A DNA stretch of 64,000 nucleotides from the NCBI RefSeq assembly GCF_036321535.1, contig NC_087437.1:100628001-100692000 (forward strand), read 5' to 3'. Position numbers and translations under genes: made by a program. The number at the start of each line of letters is the position of its first letter. The first letter of the stretch is position 1. This DNA is from Camelus dromedarius (lineage: Eukaryota). Below the pieces are notes generated by a model. That model saw only the letters and a program-made list of their open reading frames with translations, ran no database searches and was not told where the DNA came from. Shown here piece by piece: positions 1 to 12,149 of this stretch.

Positions 1-1334
1 GATGAAATGAAAAACAGAACAATTTAGTTTAGCCGTCAGGAAGCAAGATTCTTCTTTGGCAGTACACGTATTAGCAAGGACCACTTTCTAGTGTTGTTAG
101 AAGCCATATTGACTTCTGAACGTTTATTTGAATGTTTCAACCAGAGTGCTTTTTGAAGTTAGTAGGATTTTTAGTATGGCAAAATATTTAACGGCAATTT
201 TCCAGATTAATTATGTATGTTGTGTGTAATGCTACCATTTCCATATTTACTCTCTACTGGGATGAGAGTGTGATAGTAAGGATAAGTAGATAGAGAGAAA
301 CATGATATTATCAATTTTTGTCCAGATATTTAATGATCGTGTTCGATATTTACTTGGTGGTAAACAGAATTTTTGGCTGATAATTTGAGAAAAAATGTAA
401 AATAACACTCTACATTCCCCTGTTGTTTCTCTTAGGAATAAGTACAGTAAACAGTTGATTGTAATCAGTACAATAGTCCGAGTAGACATCAAGGCAAGAA
501 AAGAAAGCATAAACGAGTATTTTAAGGCAAAATTGGGAGCTTGGGTTTTGAAGATTCAGGTGATGGAAAAGGGTATTTTCATTGTTTTGGAGGGAAGAAT
601 ATAAAAATATAACTTGGCATAACTGTTATTTTCTCTTTCTTAAAATTTCCCTCCCCCACTAATAAAGAGAGAAAGATTTGTCTGCAAAAACTAAAGTCCA
701 CTACAGCTCTTTCTGAAAGGCAGTATTTTTATTTTTAAAGGATCCTGCTCTTTTCATTCTCTCAAGCTGCAGTTTAGTCCTTAGCTTTACAGTTTTTTGC
801 TGTGATTAAATCATCTACTCTTTCAGTATTTATCAAAAAGTTTTAAAGCTAGGGTAATAGGAAGATGTTATTTTCCTTCTTTCTCTTAAACTGTTGATGG
901 TAGCAAAAGACAGTGACGTTTCAATAAAGCAGGTTTGCTGCGGGAGATTCTGTGGGTTTCATAGACGTGGTGCCCTGCAGGCTACTGATCTACTCCGCAT
1001 GGTGGGCCACAGGGCTGCACGGGGCACTCCTGTTTCTTTTACAGAGAAGACTGCAGATGGGCTCAGTCCACTCAGCAAACACTGAGTGCCTGCTATGAGA
1101 GGGACATTATTGTAGGTGTATCCATGATATTCTAAATAAATGGAAGGAAAGTGATGTCTGACAAGATGCAATCTGACAAGTACATTTAATTCTCTATTTG
1201 AAGTTTATCCGTGTTGCATCTCCTCTGTTTTGACATGGTGGAGACTTACAGGATATTGATAGGATCAAGAAGGATTGGTGGTTGGGCATTAGGATGCTGG
1301 TGGTGTGAGTGTTTGAGCATTCGGCCGGTGGCAT

Positions 1335-1600
1335 TATCATCTCCCAGACACCTAAACTGAATGACATTGTGACTTCTGCTCCTTTGCTCTCATTTGTCAT
1401 CATAAACATTTTTCCTTTAATAAATACATCATTCCCCTCTGTCTTTTAATTTCTACTGACACTGTTCATGTCAGGCCCTTCCTTCACCCTTAGATTACTG
1501 CAGTAGCCCCTGACTTGCTCACTGTCCAAATAATAGCCTAGATTAATCTTTATAATGCATTCCTACGAGTCTGTCTCTTGTCTGCTGAAAAATGTAAAAG
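1335..1600 (+). mobile_element. L2 LINE fragment
   Basis: Degenerate L2 3'-region motifs (gtcaggccc...ttagattactgcagtagccc...ctagattaatcttt); boundaries approximate. Confidence 0.5.
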
Positions 1601-1694
1601 GATAGCTTTTCAAATAATCTTAAAGCACTCTGTGTCACCTTTATTAATGAACATGAGCTTATAGAATAACTTAACTATCATACTCTAATTGAGC

Positions 1695-1830
1695 AGGTAA
1701 TTGTGCATTTGAGGAAATTGAGCCCTAAGAAGCTTAACTGACTGGTCCAAGTTTACTAGTTATTAGGGAGAAGTGTTGGAAATAAAACAGATCTCTTAAT
1801 TTTCAGGTCTGTGTACTCCATCTTGTCACA
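1695..1830 (-). mobile_element. MIR SINE fragment
   Basis: Antisense MIR core: gaggaaattgagccctaagaagcttaactgactggtccaag. Confidence 0.6.
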
Positions 1831-1935
1831 TAATGTCTTGCATTCAATTTATTTTTTTCTCCTACTATGAGAACCTCTGAAGGTTAGTCACTATGGGAAA
1901 ACACCTAGAAGACAGAAAAGAATACTAGTGAACTG

Positions 1936-2175
1936 AAACAGACTCACAGACAGAGGACAAACTTATGGTTACCAGGGGATAAAGGAGGTGGGAAGGGATA
2001 AATTGGGAGTTCGAAATTTGCGCCTCTTGGGGAGTGATGGAAATGTTAGGCATCTTGATTGTGGTGGTGGTTTCATATTTCATAGGTGTATACATCTATC
2101 AAAATTCATCAAATTTTACATCTGAAATATGTGTGGTTTACCATACAAAAATTATACCACAATAAAGTTAAAATA
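1936..2175 (+). mobile_element. 5'-truncated chimeric L1 3' end with 20-bp TSD
   Basis: aaacagactcacagac...gggataaattgggagttcgaaatttgc joined to an older L1MB/ME-type tail ending aataaag; TSD AAAAGAAT(A/G)CTAGTGAACTG at 1916-1935 and 2176-2195. Confidence 0.8.
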
Positions 2176-2494
2176 AAAAGAATGCTAGTGAACTGGGTCA
2201 CCATGCTACAGGATTTGCAAATAGAAGTTGTCCACTTGAGTTACTGTGCAGTCTTAATTACAGCTATACTTGTGGCTGTGGTCGAGATGGGTGTTGTTTA
2301 ATAAATGGATGAATGAATAAATGAAAGAGAGTTGAATATGGCCTTCAGGATATAATTTCAGTGTGAAAGCTTGTTGAAAGTCAGAAATTATACACCAAGA
2401 ACCACTGCTGTGGGAATCTAATTAGTTCTGAAATTTCTTACATCATTTGTTTGATTTTTCCAGTGACTTGCCTGGAGAGGTAACCCCGATCAAT

Positions 2495-2630
2495 AAGGTG
2501 TGGCTTCCTCCCTCCCCTGCCTCACGTTCTCACTCCTGTTACCTGCGTGTCTTGGGATTACCTCTCAAATAAACTGCTTTCACTCAAACCCTCATTTTAG
2601 TGTTTGCTCTGGGGAAACCCAAACGAAGAA
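2495..2630 (+). mobile_element. ERVL LTR 3' end (LTR16-like)
   Basis: caaataaactgctttcactcaaaccctc...tgctctggggaaacccaaacgaaga resembles the LTR16-family terminus. Confidence 0.55.
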
Positions 2631-3984
2631 ATTGTTTAGGGTAAAACTTAGCTGTAGTTGTCTCTGTTGGTCATTAAAAAACTGTTCTAGTGAGATCATC
2701 CCTAAGAATTTCTCTACTTAAAGTGCTGCCGGTGGTCGGCTATCCACTGTCACTGCTTCAGCTGCTCTTCCTAGAGTCTCAGGACTCCTTGGTACTTCCA
2801 GTTTAGGTTCTTGCCAAAATTAGGGATGATTTCTGCCTACTTTGATGGAATTTTTGAGACATTAAGTTATGGAGAGAGGTTGAAAGAACATTCTTCTGTT
2901 TCCTGTATTCTTTAGCACCAAAATGATGCTAAGTGATACAGAAGTATGTTGGATACCAATCTTCTGCTACTTTATAGTAAGACTGGTAAGACAGCTTACT
3001 AGAACTAAGTCTCCATTTCATTGGCTTTTGAGGATGGAGATAAAGGAGTTTGCTCAAAACATGTATCCAGGCTCTGTGGGCACAGGCTAGTTGGTTACTA
3101 CCTCAAAGAGGGGAGATACTCTTATCCCCTGCATTCTCTCCTGTGGCAACAAGTGCCGAGCATTTGCCACAGTAACTGGTTAGCGTTCAGTCATAAGGAT
3201 ATCATATTATTGAGAGCTGATCAAAATGGCAGGCTTTTTCTCTTTCCCTACAGCAGCACTAAGCTAGTAAGGAGGTGTAGTTTGTCAACTTGGAAAGCAT
3301 TGTGTAAAAGTAAGTTTTATGTGTTGAAATGTGTATAATTTCTGGGAAGCTTGCTTAATGAAAATAGATAGTCTTTGCCAATTTTATTTGTTTCCCATGT
3401 AAGGAAAAAAGAAAAAAAAATTCAAGTGGTGGAATTTTGGTGCAAGTTAGGAGGCCTTTTGTTTCAAAAGTGGGAATCTGACCAACAACCTCCCCAGTCT
3501 TCCATCTCTCATGACATTTCTCTTCATCCTTCTGCCTGGGTTTCCCTTTGACCATCTCACTTTCCAGCTCTCCAAGAGAAAAGATGTGATAAATTCAGGT
3601 AGTCAACAAGCAGCTCAGGTTAATCCTATGGAACCAACCTTTCAACCCAAGTCACCTTGTAGGCTGTTAGCTGGTGTTGAGAATGCTATCCTCAAATGAA
3701 GCACAGATCCTGGTTCAACAGAGTGCAGTCAAGGTGGCTATATTGGGGTCAGGAGCTTGTGTTTTGTCCGGTTATTAACGGTCAGGGTGACAGGGGCACA
3801 TGGAATAGAGCAAAGAGATCTATGTGTAGAAAATATTCATAGTTGTTTCAAGAGGGATTGTAAGTTATGGCAAATACTCTGAGGTTTCTTGGAAGGGTCA
3901 GTATATAGGTCAAATACCTTGCTTGGCCAGTCTGTTACACCCTTCCAGTTCCCTTCATGATCTGATTTTTTATAACCTGCCTGT

Positions 3985-4195
3985 ATAGTCCTAATTCTAC
4001 CACTTGTTAGTTGCATGACCTAAGAAAAGTAACTTAAACATTTTAACTATCAGTTCTCTTATGTGAAAAATGTAGATTAAAATAATTCTTTGTAGAGATG
4101 TTGTAAGGAAAAAATGTTATGATCTGTGCACAAGTTCTTAAAGCCATGTTTGTTGCATTATAAGCAGTCAAAATGCTAGTTATGTTCATTATTAT
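3985..4195 (+). mobile_element. MIR SINE
   Basis: tcctaattctaccacttgttagttgcatgacc...aacttaaac...tcagttctcttatgtgaaaaatg core and tail. Confidence 0.7.
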
Positions 4196-4375
4196 GGTAA
4201 GCTATGTGTTCCTAGCCTATGTTCAAAGCAAACAGAAATGTGGGTATTAGTGGAAGTTAGTTGAAAGCAGTATTGTATGCTATAGAAACAGATATTCAAG
4301 GGATACAAAATTAATATTCCAAAATAAAAAAATCTGGCTTTTATTTTTATCTTTGTTTTTTATAATTTCACTGAC

Positions 4376-4812
4376 ATATTAATCAGCTTTGCTGTAGTAA
4401 TTAACAATGCCTGAATCCCACTGGCTTATAAATAAGAGTTAATATCTCATGCATGTTTCTTATATGGTGGGTGTAGCTGTGGCTCTGCTCCATTTGTCTT
4501 CTTATACAAGGCCACAGAATTGAGCAAGCAGCCTCTGTGGGTGACTTGCCTATTCTTGAAGCTGAAGGAAAGAACAACGAAGCTGGAATTCATGATGCTT
4601 TAAAAACTTCTGTTTGGGCATGACTTATGTCTTATTTACCCACATTCCATTGGCCAAAACATTATATGGCCAAGCCCAAGGTTAATGAGACTGAAAACTC
4701 TTCTCTTTCCATGGAAAGCACTGACTAGTCATATGGAAATGGATGGGGGTGGATAATCTTCTTACTGGGAAGGGTGATAGTGAATAATTGCAAACAATTA
4801 TGCAATCTTCAG
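4376..4812 (-). mobile_element. Old MaLR LTR (MLT1K/L-like)
   Basis: cacattccattggccaaaac...atggccaagcccaag motif and tgctgtagtaa..aacaa terminus. Confidence 0.65.
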
Positions 4813-5019
4813 CAAATGGACATCAAGGATACTTTCTGTTTAAGCCCAGTGTTTCTTTTTTCCCCCCTCAAGAAGCAGTTTTAAAATTGTTTATATGGCT
4901 TAAACAAGTATTGACTTGAAGTTCTATGGAGACTTTAAGAAATAACTATGGGTTGCTAGTTATTTAGGATATGTTCTGCATCACTTTAATAAAATTAATA
5001 TAAAAAATTATAGTTTTGG

Positions 5020-5436
5020 TGTTGAAGGAGGTCATCAAGAGAACACAACCCAAGAGCTGGACCTGGGCAGTTGGTGGAAGTTCCTCACCACCTTGCCTGT
5101 CCTTAGAACGTACATTCAGCTCACTGTTCCCACACTAGGAGCCATTTCAAGGACATAGCTTTGGGAGAGTAATGTTGAGACCACCTGGCCTGAATACATG
5201 ACTGAACCCGGTTAAGGCCTCTGTATAAACTTCTCAGATTCTGGCAGGCGGGGGTGGAGCTCTACTTGTCTTGCAGTTGCCCAAGACTGACCTGGTTTGC
5301 AAGTTCCCTTGCTTATGAAAAGTCTACCTAACAAATGGGGGTGCTCTGCCTCTTTCTTCTGTCTGCCCTTGCCCTCTGTGTGCAGGGGCCAATTTCAGAT
5401 TTCACTCAGGAAGTTCCTGAGTTTGCTAACCAAAAC
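5020..5436 (+). mobile_element. ERV-type solo LTR, family uncertain
   Basis: GC-elevated 420-bp block starting TGTTG in an AT-rich context; TATA-like tgtataaac; degenerate poly(A) region cttgcttatgaaaa. Confidence 0.55.
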
Positions 5437-5795
5437 TAGGTCAAGGAACTAGTTAAAGGAATAAAGAGGAAATAAAAAGATACTGACAATATGACTGACT
5501 GACAGCTACAAGCTCTAGTCAAGTTTTTTGTATTTCTAAGTGCTTGCAAATTACAATTGTATCCTAATACATATATCAGACATAGTCTGCCTGGATGATT
5601 ATCTTTAATCACCTTCCATCACTCACATAAGTATTGTGTGATGAGGTTTGAAGTCAAGCCACTTCTTTTATTTTTACCTTTCTCTTTTTGAGAGATTTAA
5701 AAAAAGTTATTTTTTTATTCCTTAAACTCTTCAGTTTCTCTTGGTGTAAAACGTTGGTTTCTTCCTTAGTGTTAATTGTTTGCTTTTACTTTATT

Positions 5796-6207
5796 TGCTA
5801 TGGACTGAATGTTTGTGCCCTTCCAGAATTCACTGTGGTGAAGCCCTAACACACCATGTGGCAACTTTTGGATACGGGGCCTTTAAGGAGGTAAAGTTAA
5901 ATGAGGTCATGAGGATGAGGCTCTGATCTGATAGGATTAGTATCTTTATAAGAGGAGACAAAAAAAATTCTTTTCTCCCTCCCTCCCCCTCTCTCCCCCT
6001 CTGTATGCATACCAAGGGAAGGCCATGTGAGGACAGAGCTAGAAGGCAGCTGTCTACAAGGCAGGAAGAGAGCTCTCACCAAAAACCAAATCAGCTGGAA
6101 TCTTGATTTTGGACTTCCAGCTTCCAGAACTGTGAGGAAATAAATTTCTTTTGTTTTAAGTCACCTAGTCTGTGTGTTTTGTCATGGTGGCTGGAGTGGA
6201 TGAGTAC
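5796..6207 (+). mobile_element. MaLR LTR (MLT1A-like)
   Basis: tgctatggactgaatgtttgtg start; ggacttccagcttccagaactgtgaggaaataaattt U5 motif. Confidence 0.85.
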
Positions 6208-7400
6208 CATCATTCAATCAACAAATATTTGTTGAGTGCCTTGCACTATTTTTAATGTTGGAAATACAGCAGTGAATAAGACAGACAAAATCGTTGACCC
6301 ACGGAGTTTATATTCTAAGTGGGGGAGATACATCAGAAACAACCAATGAATAAATATGTAACATGACTCAACACACAAAACAACGAAGCAAGTTAAAGAG
6401 TTAGTGAATGATGAAGGAACACTAGCTTAAACAGTGATCAAAAAGAGCCTCTCAGGGGAGGGTGTAGCTCAGTGGTAGAGTGCATGCCTAGCATGCACAA
6501 GGGCCTGGGTTCAAATCCTAGTACCTCTTCTAAACTTACCTCCTCCTATTAAGAAAGAAAAAAAAACCTCTCTAATATGGTGATATTTGGTTATAGATTT
6601 GAATGAAAGAGGTTGGAGATGTGCTTTGAGGTACTAGAGCTTAGCATGTATGTGGCATGGTAGAATACTGTAAGGATGTTGAATTTTATTATAAGTGTAA
6701 AGGGAAAACATTACAGGATTTTGAGCATATACTTGGTATGATGTTTGTTTTAAAATCGCATCCAAACTGCTGTGTGAAAAATAGACTCTAAGAGGCCAAG
6801 AGTAGAAAGAGGGAGCTGACGAGCTGGCATGTTCTTGAAATCATCCAGGTAAGAAATGATGACGACATGGACTAGGATGGCAGCACTGGAAGTAACGAAT
6901 GTGGTCAGATTTGGAGAATATGTTAAAGATAGAACTGATAAAGCTTATAGATGGGTTGGCTGTGAGGCATGGAAGGGAAGGTGGGGTCAAGGGTACTCCT
7001 AGGTTTTTTTGGTTGAGCATTTGAGTAAATGAAGGTGCATTTTAATGAAATGAAGAAGACTGAACAAGTGAGGTGGGGTTAGGAATATACAGGATTGTTT
7101 TGGATTTTTTATTTTTGAAATACAGACTTTTCCACCATAGGCTTCTAGTGGAATGTCAAGAGGTTGGCTGGAGATCTATGTTTGGAGTTTGTCAGCATTC
7201 AGGAGGCATTTAATACCATGGCCTTAGGTGACATTGATTTGGTCTGAAAGTAGTTGGAAGAGACAAGAGTACCAAACCCAGGGATGCCCTGATATTTAGA
7301 GGTCAACTAGAGGAGGCAGTTCGAGCAAATGAGAGAGAGAGGCAGCAGCCAGAAAGTTAAGGGAAAAATCAGAAGAGCGTGTGATCCTTGAAACTAAGTA
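6208..7400 (-). mobile_element. L2 LINE (interrupted by SINE)
   Basis: cattcaatcaacaaatatttgttgagtgcc antisense tail followed by the typical L2 3' region. Confidence 0.75.
6455..6566 (+). mobile_element. tRNA-Ala-derived camelid SINE (vic-1 type)
   Basis: ggggagggtgtagctcagtggtagagtgcatgcctagcatgcacaag...ggttcaaatcc (A box, B box, AGC anticodon relic); A-rich tail; TSD aaaagagcctctc 6441-6453 / aaaaaaacctctc 6560-6572. Confidence 0.85.
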
Positions 7401-7942
7401 ACAGTCAAGAGATTCTTTATTTTGGTTCCAGTACCCCAGGCATCTGCATCACGCATTGAGCTTTGCTGCACTCACGCTCTCTGACTACCTGTTTTTTTTT
7501 TTTTTATTCCAATTCTAGTTCACCTTGTCTAGTGGCCGGTTTCCTTTCAGATGAGGAAAGGTAACTTGAGGCTTATTCTCCTTGTCTGCTGGCGTAAAGT
7601 AGACTGGATCACTCTAGATAGAAGGGTCCCAGATTGTAGATTGTATGTTAAATAAAACATCTATATATTCCTCCACCTTGATCCCCAATGATGTCGTTGC
7701 TTAATATATATCTTACATAGCTTAGCTGAACGAGTGAATGAATTTCAGAGAGATAGAAATAATAACTAGAGTGATGATTAGAACTGATTAGAAGTCTCTC
7801 TGCTTTCCCCATGACCTCATGTAGAAAATACAATGCGACCCTCTGTGAGTGGTAAGTAGTGGGAGAGTGTATGATATTGGAGGAAGGAGAAATAAATCAT
7901 TTCCCTGTGAGCAGTCTTGTTCCTGAAACATCATTGGAAGGG

Positions 7943-8285
7943 TGCCATGGACTGAATGTTTGTGCTCCCCTTCCCCCATATCATATGTTGAAGTCCTAAC
8001 TGCCAAGTATCATAATATTTGGAGATGAGCTTTTGGAAGAATATGATGGGGGGCCCTCATGATGGGATTAGTGCCCTTATAAGAAGAGACACCAGAGAGC
8101 TTGCTTCCTGTCTTTCTCTGTGTGTGTCATGTGAGGACAGTGAGAAGGCAGCCGTCTGCAAGCCAGGAGAGGGCCATCACCAGGACCCAAATCTGCCAGT
8201 GCCTTGTTCTTGAACTTGCCACGTCTGCTGTTTAAACCACTCAGTTTATGGTATTTTGTTATAGCAGGCTGAACCCACTAATACA
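7943..8285 (+). mobile_element. MaLR LTR (MLT1A-like)
   Basis: tgccatggactgaatgtttgtg...gggattagtgcccttataagaagagac...ctaataca. Confidence 0.85.
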
Positions 8286-8307
8286 CATTGGTTTCTGTCA
8301 AGGGCAC

Positions 8308-8704
8308 TGTATTATTTTGCCAGGGCTACTGCAACAAATTACCACAAACTCGGTGATGTAAAACAACAAAGTTTATTGTCTCACAGGCCTGGAGGCCAAA
8401 AGTCTGAAATCATGGTGTTGGCGGGGCTGCCCTCCTTCCAGAGGCTCCAGGCGAGATTTTATTCCTGGCCTCTGCCAGCTGCGGGTGGCTCCAGGCATTC
8501 CTTGTCCTGTGGCTGCATTACTCCAGTCACTGCCCTTTCTTCTGTTTCAAACTTCCTCTGCCTTTCTCTTTTAAGAACGCTTTTAGGGCACACCTAAATA
8601 ATCCAGGGTGGTTGCAAAAGAGACCTTTTCCCAAGTAAGGTGACATTCACAGGCGCTAGGGGTTTGATGTGGGCCTTTTAGGGGGGCATTTTTGACCTTC
8701 CACA
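8308..8704 (-). mobile_element. MaLR LTR (MLT1C/D-like)
   Basis: tgtatta...gggctactgcaacaaattaccacaaact...ctggaggccaaaagtctgaaatca. Confidence 0.8.
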
Positions 8705-11700
8705 GTCCCCCTTGATGAATTTTTTTGCCTTTACTTGGACACCTGGAAGTTAATCAAATGGAAGGTTTTAAGGAGAAAAAAATGAGTGTCAAGGAGTCTT
8801 AATTTTTCCAGTCCCAAGCCACAAGTTTCTGGTTAACTTTGAATAGCCAGAGCGATTGGCCCTTTCAGGACCCATCCCCTATAATATTAACTCTTATTGC
8901 TTCATGATGTTTTGCCCAGAGATGCTTTTCTAAATTCGGTTGAAATTTCTGTTAACTTGTACTGAGACACTCTTAGGTGTGGTTTGTTATTCTAAGCTCC
9001 CTAATAAGCATGATCTTTTCCAGTGCTCCCCACAACAGAGGCTCTGAGAGGGTAATTGCTCAGGTTCCCTTTGAACCTGATTTCTTTATTCCAAGTTCAA
9101 TGCTTTCTCCACTCTTCCCTAGAGATAAGCCTGGGAAGACAGGATTGACCGAAGGAGAGAGGAAGGCCCACATTAACGTCTTAATGTCTTTTGTCTAAAT
9201 GCCTAACGGGAGATTTAACAGGAATTATTTGATAGCTATTTAGAGCAAGAATGGGCCACTCAGCTGTCTCTGGAGTGGCTCGGGACACTTAAAGAAGAGA
9301 TAGTCTAGCCACTTCACTAGTATTCTTGGGTTTGGCCTGTGTCAGTACATAGGTGGGCCTGATGGCTTGGCTGCAGCAACTGGCTGGAACCAGCTGAGGA
9401 TAAGGGGGTGGGGGCCGGCTCACTACAAAGAGCTTCCCCAGCTGGAGCTGCTCTCTGGGGGAGGTGGCGTGGAGGCTAAGCCGCTGTGAAGAACTGGGTG
9501 GCCAGTTGCTTGTGGTATGCACCAGCTTGAGAGGGATGTTATTTACAGGAGCCAGCTCCAGCTGGTAACCCACAGGATGCAGGCCACCCTGCATGGTAGC
9601 AGGCAGGGGTGGGAAAAGCGTGGGTCAGGACAGAGCTGAGCTTGGGTAACAGAAAGGATGCCAGTGTGTGGAGCCATGAACCCAATCAGGAATGAAGAGT
9701 GACCAAGTGTCAAGATGTGTGGAGTTCTTGGCTGTGCATCTGGTTTAACGCCTGTCTGTAAAGACGCAGCTGGCTGGGGCAGGTACCACATCTGACAGTC
9801 TTCCGGTCTTGTCCCCCATCATCTTTGGCAAATATGCTCTAGCTTGTTGTCTCTCCTTGACTAATTACATTGGTCAAGGGAGTCAGAGGATTGAGGGTTT
9901 AAAGCAGGAATTACCTTTACCCCTTATATGACCTTAATCTTTTATATCTACAATGTATAAATATTTTTACATTCCATTGCCCTTTCTCATACCGAGGTTG
10001 TGAGGATCAATAAAACAGCATACAAATGGCTTTCCAGGAAAGAATTGCTGTATAATATAAACATGCCTTGGAAAGGAGTTGAAAAGGCACAAAATATCTG
10101 CTTTTCAGAGCATGAAAAACTAGTGATTAGCTATGGTAAAAGAGAAGGCAGGAGATAGTTTTTTCCCCTATGAGAGTAACTTTGGCTGCCCAAAATCTTC
10201 AATATGTATTTGCTCACTGTGCTGTAATTGTTGGCTGGAGACCCTTATATAACTGTTTTTGTTGCATTTCTACCTAAAGCTATCTCCTTACCTTATTTTT
10301 TTCCCCCAATTAACTTAGTTGTTAGTGAAGAAATTCAAAATCTAAATGCTTAAAATGCATTTTGGAAATATTTATCACCACGATAGTAAAGATATGGCTC
10401 ATTTGTTTGCCTAAGGACCACTGGTATCCTTTTCTTCTTTGATTCTGAATTTTATACACTGGTAGATAGAACTGTGAGCATAATAATAACAGAGAAAAAG
10501 TAGAGTCAGGCACAACTCATGAGTTTTGATGAATTCAGAGACTTAGAAGTTCAGATGAAATAAAGCTTCTAAACTGGTTTATTTAGGACTGTGCAAGTAA
10601 GACCAAAAAATTGAAATTCTTCTTGACTTGTGAACAAATCTGAAGATGCCCTCAAAAAGGATATTTTTCTCCTTTTCTTCCATTGAAAAGAGGCAGTTCT
10701 GAAGATACAGCAAGTCTATGGTTGACTCTTTTCTGGAACAGGCAGGATGCATCTCCACATGGGGTGGTGGTGGGGGGGTTGGGGAGAAAGGGAGTGAGCA
10801 GTAGCCAAATCTACTGAATCACTCCTTACCTCATTCTTTGATGATATCATGAAGCAGTTTGCCAATCTTTGGAAGTCCTATTTTATTGAGAATCCTGCTC
10901 ATGGGATGGTTTTGGCTCACCCATAGAAGATGATGGAATTTTGTACTTTCTTTAGACACATACCTTCTGCACGGCCTTTCACTCACTGACCTGGTGAATT
11001 TTACATTATTAAATAGAATACTTCATAAAGCTGAGCTATATGCATTTGCATTACTTAACTAATGTCTGGTCTAACCTCAAGAATGGGGAATATATCCATC
11101 TTGTGGGTTACACTTGCTTGACTAAGTCTGCACAGCAAAGTGTTATTTCCTGGAGCCCAAAAGACTCTACCCCCAAGAAAGTTTCTGCTTTTATTTTTAG
11201 AATTTAAGGGGAAAAACTTCTCACAGTTTTAAAAGTGTGTGGTCTAATTTCTGCTAGGTAAAGTTCAGAAATATTGTGTTTTTGACTCAAAGCACAATAA
11301 AAATATAGTATTTAAAAGTAGACATTAATGTGTCTTCTAAAATTTTTCTTTTCATCAAATTAGATGTTAAAATATCAGACAGTCTGGTTCAATACTGGTT
11401 TCTTGGCTAGCTTAACCTTGACATAGTAAACACATTAGAAAATTTTAATGCTGTAAACCATACCCATAAATGATCAAACTTTGCTGTATTAACAAGGGAA
11501 GAATGATAGAAGAAAAATAATTGGTAGAGTCTTATGAAAACATTTCTTTCCCCTTATCAAGAACCTCTCTGGCTGTGGTCTTATTTTTATAGAATTGGTG
11601 AGTATCCGCATTTGTAATGATTTTCTCAGAGATGGGAGCATATGATGGTCTTCCTGTTTCACAGTTCTCTTTTATTGGTCTTTTTTTTTTTTTAAACATA

Positions 11701-11762
11701 TACCTTTCTAAACTATGACATCATTTACATCTTTATGATTTTTTTTTGATTTTATTTATTGG

Positions 11763-12143
11763 TGCTTTAGTTTGCTACGGCTGCCATAACAAAATACCAC
11801 AGAATGGGTGGCTTAAACAACAGAAATTTACTTTTTCTCCATTCTGGAGACTAGAATCTTGAGATTAAGTAGTTAACAGGGTTGATTTCATTCTGTGGCC
11901 TCTCTCCTTATTTGTAGATGGCTGTCTTCTCCCTTAGACTTCATGTGCTCTTTCCTCTGTATCTATGTCCCTGTCCAAATTTCTTCTTCTTATGAGGACA
12001 TCAGTCATATTGAATTAGAGCCCACCCTAAAGACCTCATTTTCACTTAATGACCTCTTTAAAGACCTTATTCCCAGTATGGTTATATTCTGAGATACTGG
12101 AGATTGGAACTGCAATATATGAATTTTGGGCAATTCAGCCCAT
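11763..12143 (-). mobile_element. MaLR LTR (MLT1B-like)
   Basis: ggctgccataacaaaataccacagaatgggtggcttaaacaacagaaattta...aattcagcccat. Confidence 0.85.
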
Positions 12144-12149
12144 TTGTTA

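Noticed and set aside
6455..6530. tRNA-Ala gene
   Set aside because: It has an A-rich tail, a TSD and a disrupted acceptor stem, so it is a tRNA-derived SINE.
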